Assembly: GCA_963737065.1 (NCBI GenBank)
Contig: CAVTRC010000001.1
Span: 992,001-1,056,000, forward strand
Length of the DNA: 64,000 nt
Direction of reading: 5' to 3'
From: Candidatus Eremiobacteria bacterium
GTDB lineage: Bacteria; Vulcanimicrobiota; Vulcanimicrobiia; Vulcanimicrobiales; Vulcanimicrobiaceae
A program made the position numbers and the translations under genes. The notes below the pieces were generated by a model. That model had not been told where the DNA came from. It ran no database searches and worked only from the letters and a program-made list of their open reading frames with translations. Positions 49,447 to 59,752 of this stretch are shown here, piece by piece (the first letter of the stretch is position 1; the number at the start of each line of letters is the position of its first letter).

Positions 49447-49782
49447 CTAACCGTTCGGCGGAGCGGTAGGACGCGCGTTGCCGCTCGTCCCACCGGTATC
49501 CGAACCGCCGTTGCTGCTGCTATCGTTCGAAGCACCGTTCTCAGGCGGAAGCGGTGCCGTCGTTCCCTGCGGGTTCGTCGTGCTGGTCGCACTGGACTTA
49601 TGATGCTTGTGCCCGGTGGACGTGGGCTTCTTCGTCGTTCCTTGCGTGGGCTGCGTTGCCGGCGTGGCTTGAGCCGTTCCGCCTTGGGTATTTTGCGTTT
49701 GAGTCGTCTGCGCAGCCGCGACACCGGTCAAGGCCACGGCCGCAATGATGGCTGCAGTCGCAGAGTGTCTCAGTTTCTTCAT
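49447..49782 (-). CDS. Secreted low-complexity Thr/Gln/Pro-rich protein
   Basis: MKK + hydrophobic + AAA signal peptide, disordered mature part. Confidence 0.6.
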   Translation of the reverse strand: MKKLRHSATAAIIAAVALTGVAAAQTTQTQNTQGGTAQATPATQPTQGTTKKPTSTGHKHHKSSATSTTNPQGTTAPLPPENGASNDSSSNGGSDTGGTSGNARPTAPPNG

Positions 49783-49811
49783 GCCCCCGCTGTTGCCCAC
49801 CAGGAGCTAAC

Positions 49812-50192
49812 GTGAAACGACTACTACTTGTTCTTGCTTTCATGCTTTGCGGCGTATCGACCAGCGGCGTCGTCCGCAACGTACCGTACATCATCGGCTT
49901 TCGTCCGCTCAACAGCCGCACGCAGCCGTACGTCGGGCAGATGTATCTCAACTTCAATAACGGTATCGTCACCGGGCGCTACACCGATATTTCGATCCAG
50001 CCGAACAGTCCGTTTGCAAATCAAATGAACATCCCGGTGAGCGGCGGCGTCAGTAACGGCAACGTCATGCTAAACGTACGGCAAATAAGCTTTCGCGGAT
50101 CGCTCAAAGGCGAATGGATGAGCGGCAACGCGACGATTCGCGGACGCATTTACGTCTTCGAGGCCGAACAGGGAAAAGCGCCGGGAATGTAA
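49812..50192 (+). CDS. Secreted beta-rich hypothetical protein
   Basis: SD AGGAG + GTG; signal peptide. Confidence 0.65.
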   Translation: MKRLLLVLAFMLCGVSTSGVVRNVPYIIGFRPLNSRTQPYVGQMYLNFNNGIVTGRYTDISIQPNSPFANQMNIPVSGGVSNGNVMLNVRQISFRGSLKGEWMSGNATIRGRIYVFEAEQGKAPGM

Positions 50193-50194
50193 CG

Positions 50195-50635
50195 CTATTC
50201 GTAGTTTATCGCGTCGATCGTGTATTCGATCGGACCCGCGGGCCGAACAACGGTCACGCGATCGCCGACATGGTGGTCGGCAAGCGCGCGCGCAATCGGC
50301 GATTCCCAACTGATCGATCCTTTGAACGGATCGGCTTCATCTTCGCCGACGATTCGCACGCGTAAGCGTCCGCCATGCGCATCGTGTGCCTCGACCGTCG
50401 CACCAAATTCGACGACGCCGTTCGCGTGCGATGCGGGCTGAACGACGATCGCGGTTTCGACGCGTTCGCTGTAGTAGCGCAGGTCGCGCTCGTTTCCGTC
50501 GGACTCCGCGCGCGCGAGCGCCTCACGAAGCAGCTGCAAGCCGCGAGGTGTGACGTAATTCGGCGATTCGCTGACGGGTCGGTTGATTAATGGTTCCGGC
50601 CCGCCGTCGTCATCTTTGACAAAGGCTCGGCTCAT
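50195..50635 (-). CDS. GreA/GreB family elongation factor (short form)
   Basis: MSRAFVK, NYVTPRG, VEFGATV, IVGEDEAD..GSISWESPIARAL. Confidence 0.88.
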   Translation of the reverse strand: MSRAFVKDDDGGPEPLINRPVSESPNYVTPRGLQLLREALARAESDGNERDLRYYSERVETAIVVQPASHANGVVEFGATVEAHDAHGGRLRVRIVGEDEADPFKGSISWESPIARALADHHVGDRVTVVRPAGPIEYTIDAINYE

Positions 50636-50645
50636 CGTCACCTTT

Positions 50646-51638
50646 CTACGGAAGAAGCACGGCGGCACCGTCGATGCGGTCGCCGCGGAGCGCGTCGAGC
50701 GCGGCTGGTGCTTCCCGTAGGGAAAACTGCGTCGCGCGCGAGCGGATACCTGCCCTCGCCGCAAGAGAAAGAAAGCCAATTGCATCGTCTCGCGTCATGT
50801 TTGTAACGCTGCGGAGCTGCCGTTCGCCCCACAGCAGACGGTCGTAATCGAACGCCGGCATACGGTCCAAATGGATCGCGTTGATTGCGACGATACCGCC
50901 TTTCCGCAACGCCGCGAGCGCTGCGATGACGACGTCTCCCGACGGCGCAAACGTCACCGCGCGATCGAGCTGCCGTGGCGGCGGCTCATCCTCGCCGCCA
51001 ACCCACGCCGCGCCCATGTCACGCGCGAGTTCCCGGTGCGAAGCGCCACGCGTCGCGACGTAGACCTCGCAGTTCCAGGCGTGCAACACCTGTATCGCGA
51101 GGTGCGCCGACGCACCGAATCCGTAGAGTCCCACGCGTTCGCGAGGCTGAACGCCGGCCACGCGCAACGCGCGATAGCCGATGATGCCGGCGCATAAGAG
51201 CGGCGCAGCCGAAATGTCGTCGAGTTCTTCCGGTAACGCGTACGTAAAATCAGCGCGCGCCGCGGCGAATTGCGCATAGCCGCCGTTGCGGTCGTAACCG
51301 GTGAACGCGATCGAATCGCACAGATTTTCGCGGCCTGCGCGGCACTGCGCGCACGTTCCGTCGGTGTGCGCGACCCATGAAACGCCGCGCCGTGCTCCGA
51401 CGAGCGCGGGATCCACAGCAGCTCCGACGGCCGCAATGCATCCGATGATTTGGTGCCCGGGAACGATGCGATCGCGATGCGGCGGCAGTTCGCCGTCCAC
51501 AACGTGCAAATCGGTACGGCAGATGCCGCACGCTTTCACTTCCAACAGCACGTCGTCCGGCGCCAGGCGCGGCGCGTCGATCTCCTCGACGCGCAACATG
51601 CCCTTTTCGTCCTTTGCATGGCGCACTGCGGCGAGCAC
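50646..51638 (-). CDS. Zinc-dependent alcohol dehydrogenase family protein
   Basis: CGICRTDLHVVDGEL, PGHQ, GRENLC, APLLCAGIIGYRAL, GLYGFGASAH; SD AGGAGG + GTG. Confidence 0.9.
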   Translation of the reverse strand: MLAAVRHAKDEKGMLRVEEIDAPRLAPDDVLLEVKACGICRTDLHVVDGELPPHRDRIVPGHQIIGCIAAVGAAVDPALVGARRGVSWVAHTDGTCAQCRAGRENLCDSIAFTGYDRNGGYAQFAAARADFTYALPEELDDISAAPLLCAGIIGYRALRVAGVQPRERVGLYGFGASAHLAIQVLHAWNCEVYVATRGASHRELARDMGAAWVGGEDEPPPRQLDRAVTFAPSGDVVIAALAALRKGGIVAINAIHLDRMPAFDYDRLLWGERQLRSVTNMTRDDAIGFLSLAARAGIRSRATQFSLREAPAALDALRGDRIDGAAVLLP

Positions 51639-51651
51639 GAACGTCCTCCTC

Positions 51652-52491
51652 ATGGCACAAGCGACGTTGGCGAATTTCGACGCGGCCGCCGCATATGCTC
51701 GCAAGCATACGCTGCACGCGCTCGTCATCGCGAATTCGAAACAGACGCTGTTCGAAACGTACGAATCAGGATACCGCGCCGATGCGCCGCACGCCATTTA
51801 TAGCGGAACCAAGAGCTTCTGGGGAACGACGGCGCTGTGCGCGGTCGGCGATGGTCTCTTCGAGCTCGACGAACCGGTGCTGAGCGTTATACCGGAGTTC
51901 GCGGGCGACATCCGGCGCAACATTACGCCGCGGATGCTGCTCGCGATGACGGCCGGCTACGGATTCGGCGGCCTCGGTGCATCCGTGCCGACATACGAGA
52001 AAGCGCTCGCGATTCCGTTGAAAAACCGTCCGGGCGAAACGTTTACGTACGGCGGAATTCCGCTGCAGGTCTTCGGCGCATTTTTCGCACGTGTGCTGGA
52101 ACCACATGGTGAAACACCGCATACGTATCTGCGGCGGCGCGTGCTCGAGCCGGCGCGCGTGCACGTCGATGAGTGGCGAACGTTGAGCGACGGAACGCAT
52201 CCGCTGCCGACCGGCGTGCAACTGCGCGCGAGCGAGTGGCTCGCGTACGGGCGATACGTGCTGCGCCACGTGCGCGAAAATGCCGAAGCATTGCACGGCT
52301 CGGCCGCGAATGCGCGGTACGGCCTTGCCTGGTGGCTCGCGCCTGCGGGCGTACCGGACGACACGTTTTACGCGAGCGGATCCGCGGGGCAGGGGCTGTA
52401 CGTCATTCCATCGCGCGATCTCATCATCGTCCACTTTGCGAAGAGCGCGTCGTACAAGCACGACGCGCTCCTCAAGAGACTGTTCGTATAA
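51652..52491 (+). CDS. Serine hydrolase, beta-lactamase family
   Basis: SGTK (SxxK), LLAMTAG, PGETFTY, YGLAWW, ASGSAGQ. Confidence 0.82.
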   Translation: MAQATLANFDAAAAYARKHTLHALVIANSKQTLFETYESGYRADAPHAIYSGTKSFWGTTALCAVGDGLFELDEPVLSVIPEFAGDIRRNITPRMLLAMTAGYGFGGLGASVPTYEKALAIPLKNRPGETFTYGGIPLQVFGAFFARVLEPHGETPHTYLRRRVLEPARVHVDEWRTLSDGTHPLPTGVQLRASEWLAYGRYVLRHVRENAEALHGSAANARYGLAWWLAPAGVPDDTFYASGSAGQGLYVIPSRDLIIVHFAKSASYKHDALLKRLFV

Positions 52492-52496
52492 CGAAT

Positions 52497-55400
52497 CTAC
52501 GGCGAGACCGGTGTCGCGCCTTCGATCGATTTCATGCCTTTCGCCTGCAGCTGCTTCGAGAGTCCCTGCAGCGATTGAACGAACGCGTTGTAATCGGCGA
52601 ACGCTTTATCGTACGCGGCGTCGAAACGCGACGCATAGTCGAGCTGTTCCGCCGTCGGCGGAAGTTGCACGCCGAAGCCGGTGCGCGGTACCGATTCACG
52701 CAGCGAACCGGGACGCTGAATCGAGTCTTCGTCGTTGTGATAGTCGGCCGTGAAGCCATAGAACACATCGCTCCACGTCTTCCGTGCATTCGCGATCGCC
52801 GAGCTCAACGACGGGTCGCTGGTCTTTGCAGCAAAGAGCGACTTCTTGATTGCGTCCATGTTGTTGAGCGCCTCGTCGATCTTGCCGTAACGGTCGTTGT
52901 ACTTCACCGCGAAGTCGAAGCCGGCTTGATATTGCGCCTGCGCCCACGAATCGCGCGGATCCGGCTTCACCTCGAAGGTTTGCGTCATCGTGTTCCCGCC
53001 GACCGTCATGCGAACCGAGTAGCTGCCCGGAACAACCATCGGGCCGGTGTTCGGGCCTTGATATTCTTCGCGCGCAGCACCGTGCCACTTTGTCGGGCCA
53101 TCGATATGGAAATCCCACGTGAAGCGGTTGATGCCCGCTTTGTTTGGAATGTACGGCACGTCTTTGCCCGCGATTTTATGCGTGCCCTTGATCGTTCGAA
53201 TCACCTTGCCGCTCGCGTCGAGGATTTCCGCAGAGAGTGTGCCCTTTTGCGGAGCCGATTGGTAGAAATCGACGATGGCACCTTGGGGCGGATTCTGACC
53301 TGCGAAATCGGTATATGCGCTCGAATTTTCGTTCGAGTGGTAATGATACTCATACGAGGTGCGCGGCTTGAAGAGCATCTGGCCGGCGCGTTGCGCCTCG
53401 GGCAGCTGCTGCAGCGACGTTGCATCGTCCAGAATCCAAATATCGCGCCCGTGCGTTGCAATCACGATATCGTTGAAGTCGGGCTGGATGCGAATGTCGC
53501 GAACCGAAACTTGCGGCAAGTTGTTGCGGAAGCTGTCCCAGTGAGCGCCGCCGTCGTACGAGATGTAGAGCGCCGTCTCGGTGCCGGCATAAACCAAGTT
53601 TGGGTTGTGGATGTCCGGCCTCACCGAACGCGCCCACACGTCGCCCGGTAAGCCGTTGACGATCTTCGTCCACGACTTTCCGTAGTCGTGCGTCACGAAA
53701 ATGTAGGGCGCATAATCACCCATGCGGTGATTGTCGGCAACGGCATACGCGGTGCCCGCTTGCGTCGAGGACGGAACGACGGAGGGCATACGCGCGTACT
53801 GCGGCGTTCCCGGCGGCGTTACGTTTTCCCAATGCTCGCCGGCGTCGCGTGTCATTTGCACGAGACCATCGTCGGTACCGACCCAAATCTCGCCTCGATC
53901 GAGCGGCGAACCTTCGATATCGAGCAATGTATCGGAATACTCAGCGCCCGATACGTCTTTTGCGAGCGGTCCGCCCGTCGGCTGTTGATGCGACTTGATG
54001 TTGCGCGTAAGATCCGGCGAGATCACCGTCCAGTGCTCGCCCCGATCCGTCGTCTGAAACACAACGTTCGCACCCATCCAGGCGATGTGTCCGTCCCACG
54101 GAGCGAAATTGATCGGTGAATCCCAGTTGAATCGATACTTCGCGGTGCTGAGATCGAACGGTCCGAGGAAGCTGCCAGGAAACGGATCGTACGGACGAAC
54201 GAAGCGCGCCGTTTCGGTTTTCTTGTTGAACACGAGCAACACGCCGTTCTCGAGATCGCTCCAGATGTACGTCGGATCGATCGGATCGGGAATGCTCCAT
54301 TCACCATCGCCGCCGACGACATTGATCCAGTGGCGGTTCAAAATTCCGTCCGGTGACAGCGAATTCGACGGCCCGCAAAAGCCGTTGTTGTCTTGCAGCG
54401 GCGCGCAGACGGTGTACGGATTTTCGTTCGAAAGTCCGACGTGATAGACTTCGCCGATCGTCAAGTTGCGCGAGAACGACCAATTTTTGCCGCCGTCGAG
54501 CGTGAGCGCGTAGCCGCCGTCTTCGCCCGTCATCATCCGCTTGGAATCGTTCGGCGCGATCCACATCGCGTGGTAGTCGACGTGGACGTCTTTGGCGATC
54601 GACGTAAACTTCTTGCCGCCGTCTTTGCTCTCCGCGAGCATTTCCGAAACGGCGTACACGTGATCGGGATTCGTCGGGTCGACGTTGATGTGCGTGAAGT
54701 AGAACGGGCGCTGATCCACGAGCGTGTCGTCGTTGATCATCTTCCAATCGGCGCCCGCGTCGTCGCTGCGCCACAGAATGCCGCCCTTCGCTTCAATGAG
54801 CGCGTAGACGCGGTTCGGGTTGCTCGGCGCAACGGCTAAACCGATGCGTCCCGTATATCCCGTCGGCAGTCCGTGTCCCGCCAACCGTTTCCAGCTGCGA
54901 CCGCCGTCCGTCGATTTGAAGAGACCGTCGTCCGGACCGCCGCTCGTGAAGTTCCACGGAACGCGGCGGAATTGCCACATCCCGGTGTAGAGCACGTTCG
55001 GATTCTTCGGATCCATCGCAAGATCGCTTGCGCCGCTCGACGGTCCGAGATAGAGCGTTTTCTTGAACGTTTTACCGCCGTCGAACGTCACGTAAATCCC
55101 GCGGTTCTCGGAATCCTTGAACGGATCGCCGAACGCGGCAACGACGACGTGATTCGTGTCCTTCGGATCGATGGCAATGCGAGAAATGCTCCACACGCCG
55201 TCCAGTCCTACACGCGTCCATGTCTTCGCACCATCCGTCGTTTTGTACAGTCCGTTACCGAATGTTACATCGTTGCGGGGATTCGCTTCACCGGTTCCCG
55301 CCCAAACCGTGTCATCGTGTTGCGGATCGATCGCAACCGCGCCGATCGCGGCCACGCCATGATTGTCGAAGACGGGATCCCAGGTGTAGCCGCCGTTCGC

Positions 55401-55625
55401 GGTTTTCCACACGCCGCCGCCCGCCGTCGCGATGTAGTAGATCTTCGGATTTTGCGGGGTTCCCGCCACACCGGCGACACGACCGCCGGCAATCGCCGGT
55501 CCGATCGAGCGCCACTTTAGATCGCTATAAGGAGCATTCGCCGCATGCGCGGGCTGCGCGAGAACAGCCGGCGCGAGCAGCGCAGTTGCTGCGAGACCGG
55601 CAACCGCACGCGTACGTAAATTCAA
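52497..55625 (-). CDS. Secreted VPS10/sortilin-like BNR-repeat protein (putative glycosyl hydrolase)
   Basis: WRSIGP..GGRV, many SxDGGxxW Asp boxes, HVDYHA.WI, LQDN, ATHGR. Confidence 0.85.
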   Translation of the reverse strand: MNLRTRAVAGLAATALLAPAVLAQPAHAANAPYSDLKWRSIGPAIAGGRVAGVAGTPQNPKIYYIATAGGGVWKTANGGYTWDPVFDNHGVAAIGAVAIDPQHDDTVWAGTGEANPRNDVTFGNGLYKTTDGAKTWTRVGLDGVWSISRIAIDPKDTNHVVVAAFGDPFKDSENRGIYVTFDGGKTFKKTLYLGPSSGASDLAMDPKNPNVLYTGMWQFRRVPWNFTSGGPDDGLFKSTDGGRSWKRLAGHGLPTGYTGRIGLAVAPSNPNRVYALIEAKGGILWRSDDAGADWKMINDDTLVDQRPFYFTHINVDPTNPDHVYAVSEMLAESKDGGKKFTSIAKDVHVDYHAMWIAPNDSKRMMTGEDGGYALTLDGGKNWSFSRNLTIGEVYHVGLSNENPYTVCAPLQDNNGFCGPSNSLSPDGILNRHWINVVGGDGEWSIPDPIDPTYIWSDLENGVLLVFNKKTETARFVRPYDPFPGSFLGPFDLSTAKYRFNWDSPINFAPWDGHIAWMGANVVFQTTDRGEHWTVISPDLTRNIKSHQQPTGGPLAKDVSGAEYSDTLLDIEGSPLDRGEIWVGTDDGLVQMTRDAGEHWENVTPPGTPQYARMPSVVPSSTQAGTAYAVADNHRMGDYAPYIFVTHDYGKSWTKIVNGLPGDVWARSVRPDIHNPNLVYAGTETALYISYDGGAHWDSFRNNLPQVSVRDIRIQPDFNDIVIATHGRDIWILDDATSLQQLPEAQRAGQMLFKPRTSYEYHYHSNENSSAYTDFAGQNPPQGAIVDFYQSAPQKGTLSAEILDASGKVIRTIKGTHKIAGKDVPYIPNKAGINRFTWDFHIDGPTKWHGAAREEYQGPNTGPMVVPGSYSVRMTVGGNTMTQTFEVKPDPRDSWAQAQYQAGFDFAVKYNDRYGKIDEALNNMDAIKKSLFAAKTSDPSLSSAIANARKTWSDVFYGFTADYHNDEDSIQRPGSLRESVPRTGFGVQLPPTAEQLDYASRFDAAYDKAFADYNAFVQSLQGLSKQLQAKGMKSIEGATPVSP

Positions 55626-55655
55626 CGTTTTCCCTCATCCTCCACAAAGAGAGAT

Positions 55656-55681
55656 CGGGTTTGCGCAGCGGCGCGAACCCG
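55656..55681 (-). other. Intergenic hairpin between the VPS10 paralogues
   Basis: CGGGTTCGCGC-CGCT-GCGCAAACCCG right after the stop, with only a weak U tract. Confidence 0.45.
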
Positions 55682-55683
55682 GG

Positions 55684-58600
55684 TTAATGGACTTGATTGA
55701 CCGTGATCGTTTTGAGTTTCAGGGTTTGGAGCGTCGCATTGAGTTGCGGCACTTGCTGGGTGACGAATGCATTGTAGCGTGCAGTCGCGGTCTTGAGCTC
55801 GCCGGCGACGCGGTTGAAATACTGCGTCATCGCCGGCGTAACAACGGTTCCTCCGAAGAACTGCAGCGTTTGCAGATCTTCACGGAGCTTGCCCGGCATT
55901 TGAATCGAGTCTTCGTCGTTGTGATAATCGGCGGTCAGCGTCGAGAAGAGATCCTCGCGCGCTTGTGCGATGGACTTCAGCTTTGCCGACGACGCCGTGT
56001 CGTTCGCCTTGGCTGCTGCGGCCGTCGCCGAATCGATGCTCTTCTTCACGGTGTCGAGGTCATTCAGCATCGTATCGACTTGCGAGTACATCGCTTCGCC
56101 GCGTTTGGCGAGTTCATATCCCTCGACGATTTCCTTCTGCGTGTACTTCGTCTTCGGGTCGGTCTTCACGACGAAGCGTTGCATGAACGTCTGACTGCCG
56201 AGCGTCAAGCGTACCGAGTAGTTTCCCGGCGGAACGTTGGGGCCGCCGTTGGGACCCTGATAGCGTTCGCGCGCCGCGCCGTACCATTTTACGGGCCCTT
56301 CGGAGGACCAATCCCATACGAAGCGGTTGAGGCCCACTTTATTAGAAACCCACGGCTGGTCCTTACCGCCGACTTTGTGCGTCCCCTCATACCTGCGCAC
56401 AACGTGACCGTAGGAGTCGAGGATTTCCACCTTCGGCGGATTCTTTTGCTCGGCGCGCTGATAGAACGTAATCACGGTCCCGTTTGGCGGATTGTCGGCC
56501 GCGTAGTTCGTGTACGTCCCTTCGTCGTCTTCTCGCTGATTGTACTGATATGACGTGCGAACCGGAAAAAGATAATTGCCGCGCGCCAGCGCCGTTTGCA
56601 ATTGCTGAACCGGCGTCATATCGTCCATCACATAGATCGAGCGTCCATGCGTCGCGATCACGAGATCATCGAACTGCGGCTGCATGCGGATGTCATGCAC
56701 CGACACTGTCGGCAGATTGTTCATGAACTTCTGCCATGAGTTGCCGGCGTCGAACGAGATCCATATGCCTTCTTCGGTTCCGAGGTAGACGATGTTGCGG
56801 TTGCGGATGTCGGCCGCAATCGCGCGTGCCCACGTATCGTTCGGAATGCCGTTCGTAATCGACGTCCAGTGCTTGCCGAAGTCGTGCGTGACGAACGCGT
56901 ATGGTTTGTTATCGCCGGTGTAGTGTCCGTCATTGGTCGCATACGCGGTGCCGTCCACGAGCGGCGACGGCGAGATCGACGCGTACCGTCCGTATTCGGG
57001 GCCGCCCGGCGGCGTAACGTTCGTCCAGTGCTTTCCGCCGTCGCGCGTGAGTTGAATCAGTCCGTCATCGGTACCGGCCCAGATCTCACCCTTCGCGAGT
57101 CGCGATCCCTCGATGTCGAGAAGCGTATCGCTCGCTTCTGCTCCCGACACATCGTGCGTAATCGGACCACCCGACGGCGCTTGGTGTTCTTTGACGTTGC
57201 GGGTGAGATCGGGGCTAATGATCGTCCAGTGCAATCCGCGATCGGTCGACTGGAACACGCGGTTGCCTCCGATCCAGGCGATGTGTCCGTCCCAGGGCGC
57301 AAACGCAATCGGCGTTTCCCAATTCCAGCGAATCTTCGCTCGGCGGTTGTCGAAGCTCTCGATCGACGTTTGCAGATACGGGATGACGAACCAGCCGTCT
57401 TTCGTGATCTTGTTCGAAACGAGAACGAAACCGTTTTCCGAATCGGACCAAATGTAATTCGGATCGATCGGGTCGGGAACCGCCCATTCGCCGTCGCCTC
57501 CGACGACGTTGATCCATGCCTTGTTTTGAATTCCCGACGGATCTTGCGTGTTGTTCGGCGCGCACCACGCGTTGTTATCTTGTAAGCCGCCGCACACCCA
57601 GTACGGATTCTCGTTCGAAAGACCGACGCGATAGACTTGCGCGATCGGAAGATTTGCCGAGAAGAACCAGTTTGCGCCGTTGTCGACGGTCAACGCGTAG
57701 CCGCCGTCTTCGCCGACCATGATACGCGTCGGGTCGTTCTGCGAAATCCAGATCGCATGATAATCGACGTGAACTTGTTCGGCGATTTCTTTGAACGTTT
57801 TGCCTCCGTCGGTCGATTTCGCGAGTGCTTCGGATACGGCATAGACGACATCGGGATTTTTCGAATCGACGCCGATGTGCGAGAAGTAAAACGGCCGCTG
57901 ATCGACGAGCGTGTCTTTCGACACCATGGTCCAGTTACTGCCGCCGTCGTCGCTGCGCCAAAGAATGCCTTGCTTCGATTCGATCAGCGCATAAACGCGA
58001 TTAGCATTGCTCGGTGCGACCGCGAGGCCGATGCGGCCGAGCGTGTCGGTCGGCAATCCATGTCCCGTAAGTTTCGTCCACGTTTTGCCGCCGTCCGTCG
58101 ATTTGAACAGCCCGTCGTCGGGACCGCCGCTCATAAACGTCCACGGCCTGCGTTGGAACGTCCACATACCGGCGTATACGACGCTCGGGTTCTGCGGGTC
58201 GAGCGCCATGTCGGAAACGCCTGTTTGCGGACCCGTGTAGAGCGTCTTCGTCCACGTTTTGCCGCCGTCGTCGGTCACGTAGACGCCACGATCCGGGCTA
58301 TCGTTGAACAGGTCGCCGAGCGCACCGACGATCACGTGGTTATGATTGCGCGGGTCGACGAGGATACGCGAAATCTGCTTGGTAGCGGCGAGACCCATGT
58401 TCGTCCACTTGTCGCCGGCGTCGGTCGTCTTGTACACGCCATCGCCGTAGCTGACATCATTACGCGGATTCGCTTCGCCGCTACCAACCCATACGGTGTT
58501 GTTGTCGGTCGGATCGATCGTGACCGCGCCGATCGCCGCCACGCTTTCCTTCGTAAACACCGGATCCCAAGTTTGCGCACCGTTGCTGCTCTTCCACACG

Positions 58601-58932
58601 CCGCCGCCGGCGCTGCCGATGTAGTACAGCTTCGGATCGGTGGACGAGCCTGCGACCGCGGCGACGCGACCGCCCGCCGTCGCGGGTCCGATCTCGCGCC
58701 AATTCATGTTGCCGTACGGCGGCCCGGGCGTCGGCGTGGCGGTCGGGGTCGGAGTCGGCTTCGACGGCTTCGGTGGCGGTGTGCCGTGCGGCGCCGGCCC
58801 CACCGGCGGCGTTGCTTGCGCGCTCGGGCTCGCCGACGCAGCGGGCTGCGGCGCTTGCGCGTACACCGGCGCTCCGGAGAGCGCTCCTGCCGTAGCGCAG
58901 CACAACACTCCGACCAACAGTCGTAACTTCAC
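55684..58932 (-). CDS. Secreted VPS10/sortilin-like BNR-repeat protein, paralogue 2
   Basis: Same architecture plus an N-terminal Pro/Thr linker. Confidence 0.85.
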   Translation of the reverse strand: MKLRLLVGVLCCATAGALSGAPVYAQAPQPAASASPSAQATPPVGPAPHGTPPPKPSKPTPTPTATPTPGPPYGNMNWREIGPATAGGRVAAVAGSSTDPKLYYIGSAGGGVWKSSNGAQTWDPVFTKESVAAIGAVTIDPTDNNTVWVGSGEANPRNDVSYGDGVYKTTDAGDKWTNMGLAATKQISRILVDPRNHNHVIVGALGDLFNDSPDRGVYVTDDGGKTWTKTLYTGPQTGVSDMALDPQNPSVVYAGMWTFQRRPWTFMSGGPDDGLFKSTDGGKTWTKLTGHGLPTDTLGRIGLAVAPSNANRVYALIESKQGILWRSDDGGSNWTMVSKDTLVDQRPFYFSHIGVDSKNPDVVYAVSEALAKSTDGGKTFKEIAEQVHVDYHAIWISQNDPTRIMVGEDGGYALTVDNGANWFFSANLPIAQVYRVGLSNENPYWVCGGLQDNNAWCAPNNTQDPSGIQNKAWINVVGGDGEWAVPDPIDPNYIWSDSENGFVLVSNKITKDGWFVIPYLQTSIESFDNRRAKIRWNWETPIAFAPWDGHIAWIGGNRVFQSTDRGLHWTIISPDLTRNVKEHQAPSGGPITHDVSGAEASDTLLDIEGSRLAKGEIWAGTDDGLIQLTRDGGKHWTNVTPPGGPEYGRYASISPSPLVDGTAYATNDGHYTGDNKPYAFVTHDFGKHWTSITNGIPNDTWARAIAADIRNRNIVYLGTEEGIWISFDAGNSWQKFMNNLPTVSVHDIRMQPQFDDLVIATHGRSIYVMDDMTPVQQLQTALARGNYLFPVRTSYQYNQREDDEGTYTNYAADNPPNGTVITFYQRAEQKNPPKVEILDSYGHVVRRYEGTHKVGGKDQPWVSNKVGLNRFVWDWSSEGPVKWYGAARERYQGPNGGPNVPPGNYSVRLTLGSQTFMQRFVVKTDPKTKYTQKEIVEGYELAKRGEAMYSQVDTMLNDLDTVKKSIDSATAAAAKANDTASSAKLKSIAQAREDLFSTLTADYHNDEDSIQMPGKLREDLQTLQFFGGTVVTPAMTQYFNRVAGELKTATARYNAFVTQQVPQLNATLQTLKLKTITVNQVH

Positions 58933-59009
58933 TCTTCCTCCTCGCGTGAACGGAAATGCCGTCCGTTCACAAAGCGTGAATCTCCTGCGCGTGCATCATC
59001 AAAGAAGAA

Positions 59010-59411
59010 TCAGAACTGCAGCGCGCGCACCGCAACGATGCCCGCAAACGCTGCGACGAAGCCCACAATCACGCTTCCCGCGCCGTAAAGAAGCGCAAGC
59101 GACGCCGCACGTTCGCCGGCGAGCGTCACGATGTCGAGCGAAAACGTCGAGAAGGTCGTAAAACCGCCGAGTACTCCAGTCATCAGAAAGACACGAACGA
59201 GCGGCGTTACGCCGAGCGCTCGCGTTTGCGAAAGTTCGAACACAAGCCCGATAATGAAACTTCCCGCAACATTTATGGCAAACGTCGCCCAGGGAAAACC
59301 GGGACCCAAGCGCTGCGTCACGCCGAGCGTTACGGCGTAGCGCAACACCGATCCGATGCCGCCGCCGATGAAGATCGCGGCGAGCGCAGCCCAGTTGAAG
59401 AGCGCGCTCAC
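59010..59411 (-). CDS. crcB: Fluoride efflux channel
   Basis: GGGIGSVLRY, FPWATFAINVAGSF, TGVLGGFTTFSTF. Confidence 0.93.
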   Translation of the reverse strand: MSALFNWAALAAIFIGGGIGSVLRYAVTLGVTQRLGPGFPWATFAINVAGSFIIGLVFELSQTRALGVTPLVRVFLMTGVLGGFTTFSTFSLDIVTLAGERAASLALLYGAGSVIVGFVAAFAGIVAVRALQF

Positions 59412-59752
59412 GCTTTGGGCTCGCCGCTCTTATAACGGATGATCTCAACGGTTTCGAGCGTGATCAGCCCTTCGTGCACCATGTCGTCGAGCACCGGAAT
59501 GAACGCGCCGATCTTCTCCTCGCTATCAACGATTTCGATCAGCACCGGCAAGTCGGTCGAAAGGTCGAAAACGCGCGCGGCGTGCACGACGGAATGACCG
59601 CCATACCCTTCGATGCCTTTGAACACCGTTGCACCGCTAAGCCCGGTTTTGCGCGCACGTTCGACGATCGCGATATACAGCGGCTGACCGCCGTGACGAT
59701 CGCTCTCACCGACGAAGACGCGCAAGAGCTTGCCCGTCGTCTCGGATTTCAT
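59408..59752 (-). CDS. DUF190 (PII-like) protein
   Basis: LRVFVGESD, GATVFKGIEGYG, LSTDLPVLIEIVD; usual crcB partner. Confidence 0.9.
   Translation of the reverse strand: MKSETTGKLLRVFVGESDRHGGQPLYIAIVERARKTGLSGATVFKGIEGYGGHSVVHAARVFDLSTDLPVLIEIVDSEEKIGAFIPVLDDMVHEGLITLETVEIIRYKSGEPKA

Noticed and set aside
52173..58926. Long plus-strand ORFs (e.g. 52173-53651, 57637-58926) and similar shadow ORFs across the window
   Set aside because: Antisense or alternative-frame shadows of real genes, typical of high-GC codon bias.
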